Assembly: GCA_964397545.1 (NCBI GenBank)
Contig: CAYNIW010000008.1
Coordinates: 5,478-69,477 of the forward strand
From: an uncultured Desulfuromonadaceae bacterium
Lineage (GTDB): Bacteria > SDB-A
DNA length: 64,000 bases
Reading direction: 5' to 3'
How positions within the stretch are numbered: position 1 is the stretch's first letter; every line of letters starts with the position of its first letter. The notes beneath the pieces were generated by a model. That model saw only the letters and a list, made by a program, of their open reading frames with translations. It was not told the origin of the DNA and ran no database searches. Made by a program: the position numbers and the translations under genes. Shown in pieces: positions 1 through 9,341 of this stretch.

Positions 1-1611
1 CCTTTTGTGAGGAGAGATATCCGTGTAATAACCTTCCGGAGCGTTGCCGAAAATATCTCTTTTCGATATGAATTTTGTCTTATCGCCCTGGACTTTTCCC
101 TTGGTGAGAAATTCATCTATTGATTTAGCGGCTTTTTGTCCCTGCGCAATTGCGTCTATGACCACAGAAGGGCCCAGAACTGCGTCGCCGCCGGCGTATA
201 AAGCCGGCTCTCCCGCGCACAGAGTGCCGGCGTCAACTGCTATCGTGTTCCATTTTGTCTTCTCGAGCCCGATTCCGGATAAATCCGGTTTTTGACCGAT
301 AGCTGAAATCAGATAATCACAGGGTATCTCAAACTCGCTGTCCTTTACCGGAACCGGTCTCCGCCTTCCGGAAGAGTCGGGAGCCCCCAACTCCATACTC
401 TGGCATTTTAAGCTTTTAAGAACTCCGTCTTTCCCCTTAACAAAACCAATCGGAGCCGTCAGGAACAACAGTTCAACGCCTTCCTCTTCGGCGCCGTGAA
501 TTTCAAGCGGATCAGCGGGCATCTCATTTCTCGTCCGCCTGTAGAGAAGGGTTACCTTCTTTACTCCTTTTTCTCTCACCGCGGTTCTCGCGGCATCTAT
601 GGCCGTGTTGCCGCCGCCTACGACAATCACTTTTCCCTTCAACCCGCTCTCTCCTTTTATCTGATGTTCTCGCAGGTAGTCTATTCCGGGAATTACGCCT
701 TCTATCTCGTTTTCGCCCTCTATTCCCATGTTCTGGCTCGACCACGCCCCGACGCCGAAAAACACAGCTGAAAAGCCTTCCTCTTCGAGACTTTCCTTAG
801 TAATGTCTTTTCCGTAACGGACTCCGGTTTTCGCCTTGACCCCGAGATCGAGGATAAACCCTATTTCCTGATCGAGAACTTTTTTTGGAAGCCTGTATTC
901 CGGTATTCCGTATCTGAGCATACCGCCGAGTTTTTCCATCATCTCGAAGATGGTCACTTCGTATCCTTCCTTTGCCAGATAATACGATGCGGTCAGACCC
1001 GCCGGTCCGCCGCCTATCACGGCAACTTTCTTTCCTTTTTTTGATTTTGTATTTTCTTTTTCGTGGTGTTCTCTTTCGTAGTCTGAAGCATATCTTTTAA
1101 GATAATTTATGCCTACGGGTTCACCGTCCGCTTCTTTCCGCCTGCAGTTCAGTTCGCATTTTCTGACGCAAATTCTCCCGCAGACAACCGGAAGCGGATT
1201 CTTTTCTCTTATTACTTTTACGGCTTCAGAATATTCACCGGCAGATATCAGGGCGATATATGTCTGAACATCAACGTTAGCGGGGCACCCTTCCACGCAG
1301 GGAGCCACGCAGTCTGCGTAGTGATTTGACAGAAGAAGTTCGAGAGCCATCTTTCGGGTCTGAAATATTCTTTCGTTGCAGGTGCTGACCACCATGCCTT
1401 CAGCGACGGGAGTCGAACACGACGGAACAAGCTTGTTCATTCCCTGAACTTCCACAACACAGAGAAAGCAGGATCCGTATGGAGGAAGCTCCGGGTCGTG
1501 GCAAAGAGTAGGTATCTCGGCTATTTTATATTTTCTTACGACTTCAAGAATAGTGCTGCCCGGCAGGGCTTTTACCTGTTTTCCGTCTATAGTTAAACTG
1601 ACTGTTGCCAT
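1..1611 (-). CDS. Partial CDS, C-terminus beyond the window start. A NuoG-like N-terminal 2Fe-2S/4Fe-4S ferredoxin domain is fused to a GltD/NfnB-like FAD/NAD(P)H pyridine-nucleotide-disulfide oxidoreductase
   Basis: My own reverse-strand translation starts MATVSLTIDGKQVKALPGSTILEV...CHDPELPPYGSCFLCVVEV...NHYADC (NuoG N-terminal ferredoxin). It continues KKVAVIGGGPAGLTASYYL...VIVVGGGNTAIDAART...YAGGDAV (GltD-like Rossmann folds). The ATG at 1611-1609 lies 10 nt downstream of the NuoF-like stop. The gene is absent from the ORF track because it runs off the window edge. Confidence 0.7.
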   Translation of the reverse strand, partial: MATVSLTIDGKQVKALPGSTILEVVRKYKIAEIPTLCHDPELPPYGSCFLCVVEVQGMNKLVPSCSTPVAEGMVVSTCNERIFQTRKMALELLLSNHYADCVAPCVEGCPANVDVQTYIALISAGEYSEAVKVIREKNPLPVVCGRICVRKCELNCRRKEADGEPVGINYLKRYASDYEREHHEKENTKSKKGKKVAVIGGGPAGLTASYYLAKEGYEVTIFEMMEKLGGMLRYGIPEYRLPKKVLDQEIGFILDLGVKAKTGVRYGKDITKESLEEEGFSAVFFGVGAWSSQNMGIEGENEIEGVIPGIDYLREHQIKGESGLKGKVIVVGGGNTAIDAARTAVREKGVKKVTLLYRRTRNEMPADPLEIHGAEEEGVELLFLTAPIGFVKGKDGVLKSLKCQSMELGAPDSSGRRRPVPVKDSEFEIPCDYLISAIGQKPDLSGIGLEKTKWNTIAVDAGTLCAGEPALYAGGDAVLGPSVVIDAIAQGQKAAKSIDEFLTKGKVQGDKTKFISKRDIFGNAPEGYYTDISPHKR

Positions 1612-1620
1612 CTATATCTC

Positions 1621-3393
1621 CTATTCCTTGTAAACAGCTTCTTTCGGGCATACTTCCATGCATTTCCCGCAGGAAATGCATTTATTCGAGTCTATATAGT
1701 GAACTTTTTTCGGCGCACCGGATATGGCTTCGACCGGACACTTTTTCGCGCATAGAGTGCAGCCCACACATTTCTCGGGATCGATAACAAATTTAACGAG
1801 AGCCGTGCAGACCTTTGCCGGACATTTTTTATCTATTATGTGCGATTCGTATTCTTCGAGAAAATATTTCAATGTCGTCAAGACAGGATTTGGAGCGGTC
1901 TGACCCAGACCGCAAAGAGACGCGGATTTAATTTTCTCCGCGAGTTCGTAAAGCTTCGGTATGTCTTCTTCCCTGCCTTCGCCCCGCGTTATCCTCGTGA
2001 GAATTTCGAGCATTTTTTTCGTCCCTATCCTGCAGAAAGTGCATTTCCCGCAGGATTCTTTCTGAGTGAAACTCAGAAAAAACCTCGCAACGTCAACCAT
2101 GCAAGTGTCCTCATCCATGACTATGAGCCCTCCGGAACCCATGATGGCTCCCGTTTTGGTTATCTCCTCATAGTCTATCGGGATGTCGCACATATGCGCG
2201 GGAATACAGCCTCCCGAGGGTCCTCCCATCTGAACCGCCTTGAGTTTTTTTCCGTTTTTCAAACCACCGGCTATGTCGTGTACCACTTCGTTAATCGTCA
2301 GTCCCATTGGGACCTCTATCAAGCCGCTTCTGTTGATTTTTCCGGCGAGGGCGAAAACCTTGCTTCCCTTGCTTTTCTCCGTTCCGACGGATGCAAATTT
2401 TTCCGCTCCGTTAATTATGATCCACGGGACATTGGCAAAGGTCTCTACATTGTTGATATTCGTGGGCTTTCCCCACAAACCGCTTACCGCCGGAAACGGC
2501 GGCCTGACTCTCGGCATACCCCTTTTACCCTCTATTGAAGCTATCAGAGCCGTCTCCTCACCGCAGACGAAAGCTCCGGCTCCTTCTTTTATTTTCAAGG
2601 AAAACTTAAAGGAACTTTTCAATATACCGTCTCCAAGAAAACTTCTCTCTGTAGCGGAATTTATGGCTATCTTAAGTCTTTCTATTGCTTTAGGGTATTC
2701 GGCTCTGACGTATATATAGCCCTCCTGCGCTCCGACGGCATAGGCGCATATCAGCATTCCTTCTATGACGGAATGAGGGTCGCTTTCCAGGACGCTTCTG
2801 TCCATGAAAGCTCCGGGGTCGCCTTCGTCGGCATTGCAGATAACATATTTTTTGTCTCCGGGGCTCATTTTCGTGAAAAGCCATTTTTTTCCCGTGGGGA
2901 ATCCTCCTCCTCCTCTTCCCCTCAAGCCGCTCGCGGTAATTTCTTCAATAACCTCCTCGGGGGTGTAATCGAAAATCACCCTCTCTAACGCTGTATAACC
3001 TTCTCTGTCAATGTAATCGTCTATGTTTTCAGGATTAATTATTCCGCAATTTCTGAGGACCACACGCATTTGCTTTGAAAAAAGACTTGCGTCTCCCCCG
3101 GATTTGAAATCGTAAACAACGAGATCGTCTAAATCTTTTTCTTTCAGGACAGCTTCCTCGATTATCCTCCTTGCTTTTTCCGGATCTATCTCGCCGAAAA
3201 TGGTCTTCGTTCCGTCTTCTTTTCTCAATTCGACGAGAGGTTCCCTGTAGCACATTCCTATACAACCTGTTTTTTCGAGCTTTACTTTGTCGTGCAGACC
3301 GCCTTCGTCAATGAGTCTGGAGAGTTCATTCCAGACTTTTTCCGCTCCGGCAGAAATTCCGCACGTTCCCATTCCGACAAGAAGAGTTTTCAT
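1621..3393 (-). CDS. NuoF-like NADH-binding flavoprotein (HydB/HndC/StnC type) with an N-terminal thioredoxin-like 2Fe-2S domain and a C-terminal 2x[4Fe-4S] ferredoxin
   Basis: MKTLLVGMGTCGISAGAEKV (2Fe-2S Trx-like). GGGGFPTGKKW and ESCGKCTFCRIGT are NuoF FMN/NADH and 4Fe-4S motifs. C-terminal CVGCTLCAKKCP...CISCGKCMEVCP. The ORF-track start at 3639 is an upstream extension. The real ATG at 3393 is preceded by GGAGAAG. Confidence 0.85.
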   Translation of the reverse strand: MKTLLVGMGTCGISAGAEKVWNELSRLIDEGGLHDKVKLEKTGCIGMCYREPLVELRKEDGTKTIFGEIDPEKARRIIEEAVLKEKDLDDLVVYDFKSGGDASLFSKQMRVVLRNCGIINPENIDDYIDREGYTALERVIFDYTPEEVIEEITASGLRGRGGGGFPTGKKWLFTKMSPGDKKYVICNADEGDPGAFMDRSVLESDPHSVIEGMLICAYAVGAQEGYIYVRAEYPKAIERLKIAINSATERSFLGDGILKSSFKFSLKIKEGAGAFVCGEETALIASIEGKRGMPRVRPPFPAVSGLWGKPTNINNVETFANVPWIIINGAEKFASVGTEKSKGSKVFALAGKINRSGLIEVPMGLTINEVVHDIAGGLKNGKKLKAVQMGGPSGGCIPAHMCDIPIDYEEITKTGAIMGSGGLIVMDEDTCMVDVARFFLSFTQKESCGKCTFCRIGTKKMLEILTRITRGEGREEDIPKLYELAEKIKSASLCGLGQTAPNPVLTTLKYFLEEYESHIIDKKCPAKVCTALVKFVIDPEKCVGCTLCAKKCPVEAISGAPKKVHYIDSNKCISCGKCMEVCPKEAVYKE

Positions 3394-3884
3394 TTTTCTT
3401 CTCCTTCGGTTTTTCTGTATGAATCGAGGATTTCTCGTATCGCGTCGGGAGTCAATTTTCCGTAGGTTTCGTCGTCTATCATCACTGCCGGCGACAAACT
3501 GCAGCAACCGAGACACGCGACGGACAGAAGTGTGAACATTCCGTCTTTTGTATTTTCGTCTTCTTTCACTGAAAGATGTTCTTCTACGGCTTTCATTATT
3601 TCCTTTGATCCGTTGACGTGGCAGGCTGTCCCTTGACATACTTTTATGATGTGTTTCCCCACCGGTTTTAATCTGAATTGCTTGTAGAAAGTGGCGACTC
3701 CGAAAATACTGCTCTGAGGTATTTTAGTGGATTCGGAAATCATGGAAACCGCTTCTTCAGAAACATAGGAATAAATTTCCTGCGCCGCCTGAAGAAGAGG
3801 AATTATCGAACCTTTTTCAGCTCCGTATCTTCTGAGCTTTCTGCGGAACATTTCGTCTTTCAACTCTTTGGATTCGGATATCAT
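3390..3884 (-). CDS. NuoE-like 24 kDa [2Fe-2S] subunit (HndA/StnA type)
   Basis: VCQGTACHVNG...SVACLGCCSLSPAVMIDDETYGKLTPD is the typical NuoE thioredoxin-like 2Fe-2S signature. It overlaps the NuoF-like start by 4 nt. Confidence 0.8.
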   Translation of the reverse strand: MISESKELKDEMFRRKLRRYGAEKGSIIPLLQAAQEIYSYVSEEAVSMISESTKIPQSSIFGVATFYKQFRLKPVGKHIIKVCQGTACHVNGSKEIMKAVEEHLSVKEDENTKDGMFTLLSVACLGCCSLSPAVMIDDETYGKLTPDAIREILDSYRKTEGEEK

Positions 3885-3937
3885 CTGACCTCCATTATTT
3901 TACAATTGGTCACCGGCGATGTATAATCCCGCTGAAA

Positions 3938-5617
3938 ATGTTCAACGGAATAAAAAAAATATTCTATACGACAGGAGATTTCTCTAAAAAACCCATTCCG
4001 GAAAAACTCAGACTTTTGTCCGCTTTTTTCGTCCTCTTCATTGTTTTTCTCGCCCCTCTCGTGTCCAAGAACAGACCGCTTTTCAGCGGCGGTATTTTTA
4101 TAACTGCGGCTTTGCTGTCCGCGCTTTTTTTAATTATTTCATACTTTAGGAAAATTGACAACATTCCGACGGCTTCAATTTTTCTGACGGTTTTTGTGTG
4201 TTTTTCCTTAATATCTTCCTTTTTTTCACCTGAAAAAGAACTCTCCCTCGTCCAGACTTCATATTTCGCATCTTGGCTCCTTTTCTTCTATTGCGGTTTT
4301 ATTTTAAGAGAAAGCAAAAAGATTATACTACTTACTGCAGTTCTTTCCGCCGCATGCGTCCTCGCCTATTCGCTGTGGCAGTATTTCGTGATTTTTCCGG
4401 CGATAAAAGACCATATGATTTCAGGCGGCGCTTTAGTCTCCCTGACTCAAACTGCTTTGGCGGGAAGGCTTTTTTCTACTTTTCAATATCCTAATTCATT
4501 TGCCGCTTATCTCATTATGATTTCCGGCCCGGTTTTGACGGTTGTTTCAGTTAAAAAAATATTTTCTCCCGTAAAAATTCTCGTTCTGTCCCTATGGTTT
4601 TTTATCTCGTTTTCAATTTATCTCACGTCTTCAAGGCTCGGATTAGTCCTATGGACGCTTTCGCTTATGTCCTCTTGCGCTTATCTTTTCCTAAAAGACA
4701 GAAAAAAACTTTTACTCATCATTTTCTTCGCTCTCACGGGAGTTTTGACGGCATTCGCTGTCAACAAACAAAATAAAGACATGCCGACAAGAGAAGCGCA
4801 CGAAAGAGTTGCATCTCTCAGCACTGATACAAATTCAAAACTCCTAACTTTCAAAGGCGCTTTTTTAATGACTCTTGACAATCCTCTTAAGGGAACGGGC
4901 CCCGGGACATTTAAGAGGAACTATTCCAGATACAGGCCCGAAAGACAGACAGACCTTCCGTCTTCCGCGCACAACATAATCCTTGACATATCCTCAACCG
5001 CCGGAATTCCGGCTTCTGTTTTTTTCGCCGTCGCCCTTTTTGTAATACTCTTGAAATCTTTTACCTATCCCCTGATATTTATTTCCCTGTCATCGCTGTT
5101 CCTGCATTCATTGGCAGATTGGGATTTCAGCAATATCGGAATTTCACTTGTTTTTTTCTTTTTGGCGGGAGCTCATTCAACAGGGATAAAAAACCGGCTG
5201 AGTAAAGCACTCGCCTCTTTGTTGATAATCTTTTGTCTTCTTTTCTCTTTTTTTTCAGCAAGATCGGGTTTTGCGGGAAAGTATTATGAAAGAGCGTCTT
5301 TTCACCTCGGGTTCGGTTCTCCTGAATCCGCTTCTTTTTACGCCCGAAAAGCCATCCAAATCAACCCCTCCAGGTCGGATTACTATTTCCTTAAAGGACT
5401 TTCAGAAAAGAATCCTGACAGCGCCGCATACGCCTTCGGTATGGCGTCAGAGAGAGCGCCTCTATGGTATGAGCCCTACTACCACCTTGCCAGAATCTCT
5501 GTATTAAAAGGCGATTTAATTTCGGCAAAGCATTATTTCAGAAAAGCCATGGCATTGTTCCCGACTTCGTCGGAGATTAAGTTTTATGTTGATTCTCTCG
5601 AAAGGATAGGGGACTGA
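3938..5617 (+). CDS. Polytopic membrane protein with an O-antigen ligase (Wzy_C)-like core and a C-terminal TPR region
   Basis: Multiple hydrophobic segments. The C-terminal motifs YERASFHLGFGSPESASFYARKAIQINPSRSDYYFLKGL...ALFPTSSEIKFYV are TPR-like. Confidence 0.5.
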   Translation: MFNGIKKIFYTTGDFSKKPIPEKLRLLSAFFVLFIVFLAPLVSKNRPLFSGGIFITAALLSALFLIISYFRKIDNIPTASIFLTVFVCFSLISSFFSPEKELSLVQTSYFASWLLFFYCGFILRESKKIILLTAVLSAACVLAYSLWQYFVIFPAIKDHMISGGALVSLTQTALAGRLFSTFQYPNSFAAYLIMISGPVLTVVSVKKIFSPVKILVLSLWFFISFSIYLTSSRLGLVLWTLSLMSSCAYLFLKDRKKLLLIIFFALTGVLTAFAVNKQNKDMPTREAHERVASLSTDTNSKLLTFKGAFLMTLDNPLKGTGPGTFKRNYSRYRPERQTDLPSSAHNIILDISSTAGIPASVFFAVALFVILLKSFTYPLIFISLSSLFLHSLADWDFSNIGISLVFFFLAGAHSTGIKNRLSKALASLLIIFCLLFSFFSARSGFAGKYYERASFHLGFGSPESASFYARKAIQINPSRSDYYFLKGLSEKNPDSAAYAFGMASERAPLWYEPYYHLARISVLKGDLISAKHYFRKAMALFPTSSEIKFYVDSLERIGD

Positions 5618-6393
5618 TGTATAATAAACAAATGAAATACAGACCGGATACAAAGCTCCTTGTGGCGATTCTCAAGAACCCCGAAGATTTTGACATAGCC
5701 ATAAATTTACACTGGTATAGGATTCCCGTTGACAAAGCGGATAAACTGCTTTCCAAAAATTGGCCTCCGGAACTGCTCGCTTTTTATCACCCAAAAAATT
5801 CAGGCGGGAACGCCTTCTCGGTGAGGTATTACGCCCCTGTGGAAAAAATTGAAAAGGCGAAAAGATGGCAGTTGTTCCCCTGCGAGAAGCTCAGCAAATT
5901 AAGCGATAAAGAATATTATCAGTTGCGGCTCGGTAAAATCGTCAAATTGCCCGTTCCCATCGTCAGCAGAAGGTTTCGGAGGATAATCTTCATACAGACT
6001 ACGCTCAAAAAGCTTTTCGAAGCCGGAGAGATAAACGACCTTTTTAATGGAACAAAAATTGAGGAAAAAATGTGGCGGAAACTCAAAGAAAAGGACATCC
6101 CCGCCGAAAGGCAGGAATTGGTAAAAGTGGCCGAAAATAATTTTTTTCTCGACTTTTCAATTTACTGCAGAAAAGGAAAAATTGACGTGGAGACAGACGG
6201 AGACCTCTGGCACCACAGACCTTCTTCGGCAATATACGACAACGAGAGAAACAACGCGCTTTCTTCATTCGGATGGCACATCCTCCGATTCACATCCGGC
6301 CAGATAGAGAAGAATAACTGCAAGGAACCTGTCAAAATAATATCTCAGACTATATTTTCTCTCGGAGGGCTGAAAATAAAAAAGACATCTTAA
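5617..6393 (+). CDS. Protein with a C-terminal DUF559 / Vsr-like (PD-(D/E)XK) endonuclease domain and an uncharacterised ~170-aa N-terminal domain
   Basis: C-terminal FLDFSIYCRKGKIDVETDGDLWHH...DNERNNALSSFGWHILRFTSGQI matches the DUF559 pattern (VEVDG..H..D..R...L...GW.VLRF). Confidence 0.5.
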   Translation: MYNKQMKYRPDTKLLVAILKNPEDFDIAINLHWYRIPVDKADKLLSKNWPPELLAFYHPKNSGGNAFSVRYYAPVEKIEKAKRWQLFPCEKLSKLSDKEYYQLRLGKIVKLPVPIVSRRFRRIIFIQTTLKKLFEAGEINDLFNGTKIEEKMWRKLKEKDIPAERQELVKVAENNFFLDFSIYCRKGKIDVETDGDLWHHRPSSAIYDNERNNALSSFGWHILRFTSGQIEKNNCKEPVKIISQTIFSLGGLKIKKTS

Positions 6394-6401
6394 AAGGAGG
6401 A

Positions 6402-6926
6402 ATGATGAAAAAGCTTATAATTCTCGTCGCGTTTGCCGCCGCGGTTTTATCCCTTTCCTGCAGTAAGGAAGTTCAAAACGAAACCGACACTTCGGCGGCG
6501 GAGACAGACCAAATCGTTCAGATGACTCCAAAAGAACTCGGTGAAAAAATCGGGTCGGTCTATGTCAAAGCTCTTGAAGACGTCACCGAGCTCATAAAAG
6601 ACAGTCCTGAAATCGCTGAGGTGAGGCCGGCCGTCGAAGAGCTCAAAGAAAACAACATCCGGGTTCTCGTAGAACTCGGCCATCTCAGAGAAGCTTTGGA
6701 CCAGACCGAAAGAAGCGCTGTTGATATGGCAATTCTCGGCAAAATCGGAGCTCTTTCTGATTCAGACTGGTATGAAACATACACGGCCGCGCTGAATGAT
6801 TATTTGGGCAAAGACAGAGAATTTTATGAACTTCTGTCGAGTTTCAACATAATAGGCCAATACGCCAATTTCGACCTTCTAAAACAGCAGGAACCCGACG
6901 AAGCTAAAAGGCTGGGTATAGAATAG
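6402..6926 (+). CDS. Hypothetical lipoprotein
   Basis: RBS AAGGAGG. Signal peptide plus lipobox LSLSCSK. Acidic, helical remainder. Confidence 0.5.
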   Translation: MMKKLIILVAFAAAVLSLSCSKEVQNETDTSAAETDQIVQMTPKELGEKIGSVYVKALEDVTELIKDSPEIAEVRPAVEELKENNIRVLVELGHLREALDQTERSAVDMAILGKIGALSDSDWYETYTAALNDYLGKDREFYELLSSFNIIGQYANFDLLKQQEPDEAKRLGIE

Positions 6927-6987
6927 ATTCTACGCCCGACATTAACGATGAAAGGTATTTTATAATATAAAAAGCGAAAATCCCTTT

Positions 6988-7677
6988 TCAGCCGATACCG
7001 GATTTTTTTCCGGCTAAGGTGTTTTTGTATGCGGCATGGGCTTTCTCCCCTGAATCGCTGAGTTTATAAACTCCTCTGCTTTTTCTTTCGAACCATCCGT
7101 AAAAGTTGTTATACAGGATGCTCTGTGTCTTTTCGGAACACCCCATCACGAGGAGTTTTTTTGGCGTTGATTCGCCGTTTTTTTGGAGAAGAGAAACTAT
7201 TTTTAATGCCTCAAGCCTGTAAGAAGTCATTTTCGGAGTCCCGCCGGGACTCCCCGATATGTTAAACTCGGTATGCCTGCCTTCTATCTCGCTTATTACA
7301 GCCCGTATTTTTTTTCCCGACTTTCTCCTGGCATAAGGCAGAGGATGCAGTATTACATCAACAGAGGTTTTTTTCTTTCCAATGTGAACAGCTATCAATC
7401 CGATTTCAAGCCTCCTCAGGAGTTTTCTTACGTTTTTATAATTTCTTAATGATTTTCCGCCTAAAAAAGGGACCGCGACATAAACAGAATCCGTGAGTTC
7501 TTTTCTCAGGTTCGCCTGCGCCACAAGAGACAACGAAAGACGGGTTTTAGTTTCGACTACGATAAGGTCTCCTTCTTTCCTCGCTACAATATCGCAGTTA
7601 TTCACTTCACAGTTGACTGAATAACCCCGTTTTTCGAAAAAATTTTTCAGAGGAAGGTGCAGTTCTGTCTCTTTCAT
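6988..7677 (-). CDS. Hypothetical protein with a PD-(D/E)XK-like nuclease-fold N-terminus and a winged-helix-like C-terminus
   Basis: NCEVNNCDIVARKEGDLIVVETK has the E...D...ExK spacing typical of the restriction-endonuclease fold. Its start overlaps the upstream gene stop (ATGA). It is the last gene of the btuB-like operon. Confidence 0.35.
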   Translation of the reverse strand: MKETELHLPLKNFFEKRGYSVNCEVNNCDIVARKEGDLIVVETKTRLSLSLVAQANLRKELTDSVYVAVPFLGGKSLRNYKNVRKLLRRLEIGLIAVHIGKKKTSVDVILHPLPYARRKSGKKIRAVISEIEGRHTEFNISGSPGGTPKMTSYRLEALKIVSLLQKNGESTPKKLLVMGCSEKTQSILYNNFYGWFERKSRGVYKLSDSGEKAHAAYKNTLAGKKSGIG

Positions 7678-8240
7678 CTTTCAAGATAATCAACGCATTT
7701 ACTTAGAAATTCAGCAAGTATTGTATAGGCGACATTGATATTGTAATCCTGGCAGTCTTCCAGCAATGTCGTGTCCATGTCAATCCCCTCGCTTTTAAGT
7801 GAAATTTCAACTTTTAGAGCCCTCGTCGAAAATGTCACAGCTTTTTCCGGATTTTCGAAAGAGGAGTCGAGACTGTAAAATAAGGAAGATACTATTCCTT
7901 CGGGAATTGATACATCAAAGCTGTCAAGTCCGATAAGCCTGCTGTCCGGGAAATGCAAATTGGATCCTTTGACAGAAACCAATACATTCTCGCCCTTGGG
8001 ATTTAATTTAATCAATGTTTCCATGTAAGTAATACAGCCTCCGGATATTTTTATACTGCCTTCAGAGATGAGCTTGTATTTTTGAGAATAACCGTTCCCA
8101 TTTACTTTCGGCGTTACGCATTTACCCACCCCTAAACATACAAAGAGGAGCACTATCACATTTATAATATTGCGCACTTTACCTCCCTTTCTCGCCTTAT
8201 TGTTTAAAAATATATATTTAACTTGGCAAGAGCTTAACAC
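7674..8240 (-). CDS. Hypothetical exported protein
   Basis: N-terminal hydrophobic segment VIVLLFVCLGVGKC after a basic stretch. It lies in the operon downstream of the BtuG-like gene. Confidence 0.4.
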   Translation of the reverse strand: MLSSCQVKYIFLNNKARKGGKVRNIINVIVLLFVCLGVGKCVTPKVNGNGYSQKYKLISEGSIKISGGCITYMETLIKLNPKGENVLVSVKGSNLHFPDSRLIGLDSFDVSIPEGIVSSLFYSLDSSFENPEKAVTFSTRALKVEISLKSEGIDMDTTLLEDCQDYNINVAYTILAEFLSKCVDYLER

Positions 8241-8321
8241 CTATGCATGTCCATGCTCACGTCTATTGGCACATTCTACCCCACAAAACCTTAAAGGGGA
8301 AGGCAGGGGAAGGTTTCATTT

Positions 8322-9341
8322 TTAACGCCAGACAGTTATTTTTTGCGGACCGTCTCCGATACTCCACGTCCTCGTGACGGAATCGCCCTCTATTTGAGCC
8401 AAACTGTCCGCCGCAAAACACGCCGCATAAACTTTACCGTTAAAATAACAGACATCCATAACCCCAAGAGGGGCTTTTATCGGATTTGCCGGACCCCTGA
8501 GAATTTCGCCGCTTTGTCTGTAGAGATATATTTCTCCGTTTCCGGACCATCCCCCGGCAGCGACATAAACCGAATCGCCTCCGCCGGCACAAAGGGCAGA
8601 CGGAGTCCCTTCTATAGAAATGCTGTCTGTCACCGTCAGGTTTGCGGGGTCTATGATGTATATCCTGCCGTTTACTGTAACGCCCCAGTCTCCGGTGCAT
8701 GAAACGTGAATTTTCCCTCCCGCAAGGGTCAGATACTGCGGATTCTTACCCACTTTTATGCTGTCTGTGACAGAATCGCCGTCCGCGCTTATTACATATA
8801 CGTAACCTTGTCCGTAATCATATGTGACGTTGTCAAAAGCGGTGCATGCTGCGTAAATTTTTCCACCGTGAGAAAGAATCCCTTGTGGTGATTTTCCGAT
8901 ACTAATTCGTTTGCTGACTTCAAAAGGATTTGAAGTAACAGATAAGAGCTCGTCGGACATAAAGCATGAGACATAGATTTTCCCGTTTGAACAGCTGAGC
9001 CCGTAGGGATTGACCGCGCTTCCCAAGTTAAGAGAAGCTTCAAAAGCTATCCCCGATGAGGTCTTTTTGTATTTTATCAGCGTGGAAGACTGCGAATTGA
9101 CGACGTAGAAAAATCCGCCTGCGGTATCCGCATCATTCGGGACCTGTCCTGTTCCCACGGCATTGACTGCCGCGCTCCAGTCGGATGTCCTGACGAAAGA
9201 GAGGGTTTCAGCCAAATTGTTGACCACGACAAGCCAGGTCCCTGCTGGTTGATTTGTTCCAGGTCCCGCCGGAGATGAAGATTTTGAGCAAGAAAACAAA
9301 AAACAGCACGCAAAAAATATAGCAAAAGCATTTCTCACCAT
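8322..9341 (-). CDS. Beta-propeller (YVTN/YncE-type repeat) surface lipoprotein, BtuG-like candidate B12-binding accessory
   Basis: Lipoprotein signal FLFSCSK. Repeated GKIYVSC / GKIYAAC / GKIHVSC / GKVYAAC beta-propeller blades. It overlaps the end of the upstream TonB receptor by 7 nt. Confidence 0.5.
   Translation of the reverse strand: MVRNAFAIFFACCFLFSCSKSSSPAGPGTNQPAGTWLVVVNNLAETLSFVRTSDWSAAVNAVGTGQVPNDADTAGGFFYVVNSQSSTLIKYKKTSSGIAFEASLNLGSAVNPYGLSCSNGKIYVSCFMSDELLSVTSNPFEVSKRISIGKSPQGILSHGGKIYAACTAFDNVTYDYGQGYVYVISADGDSVTDSIKVGKNPQYLTLAGGKIHVSCTGDWGVTVNGRIYIIDPANLTVTDSISIEGTPSALCAGGGDSVYVAAGGWSGNGEIYLYRQSGEILRGPANPIKAPLGVMDVCYFNGKVYAACFAADSLAQIEGDSVTRTWSIGDGPQKITVWR

Noticed and set aside
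1840-2719. ORFs of 232 aa and 159 aa antisense to the NuoF-like gene
   Set aside because: They lie inside a strongly supported CDS on the other strand and have no motifs.
6930-7010. Stem-loop AGCCGATACCGGATTTTTTTCCGGCT between convergent genes
   Set aside because: It is plausibly a bidirectional intrinsic terminator, but the stem is short and interrupted. It is noted rather than annotated.
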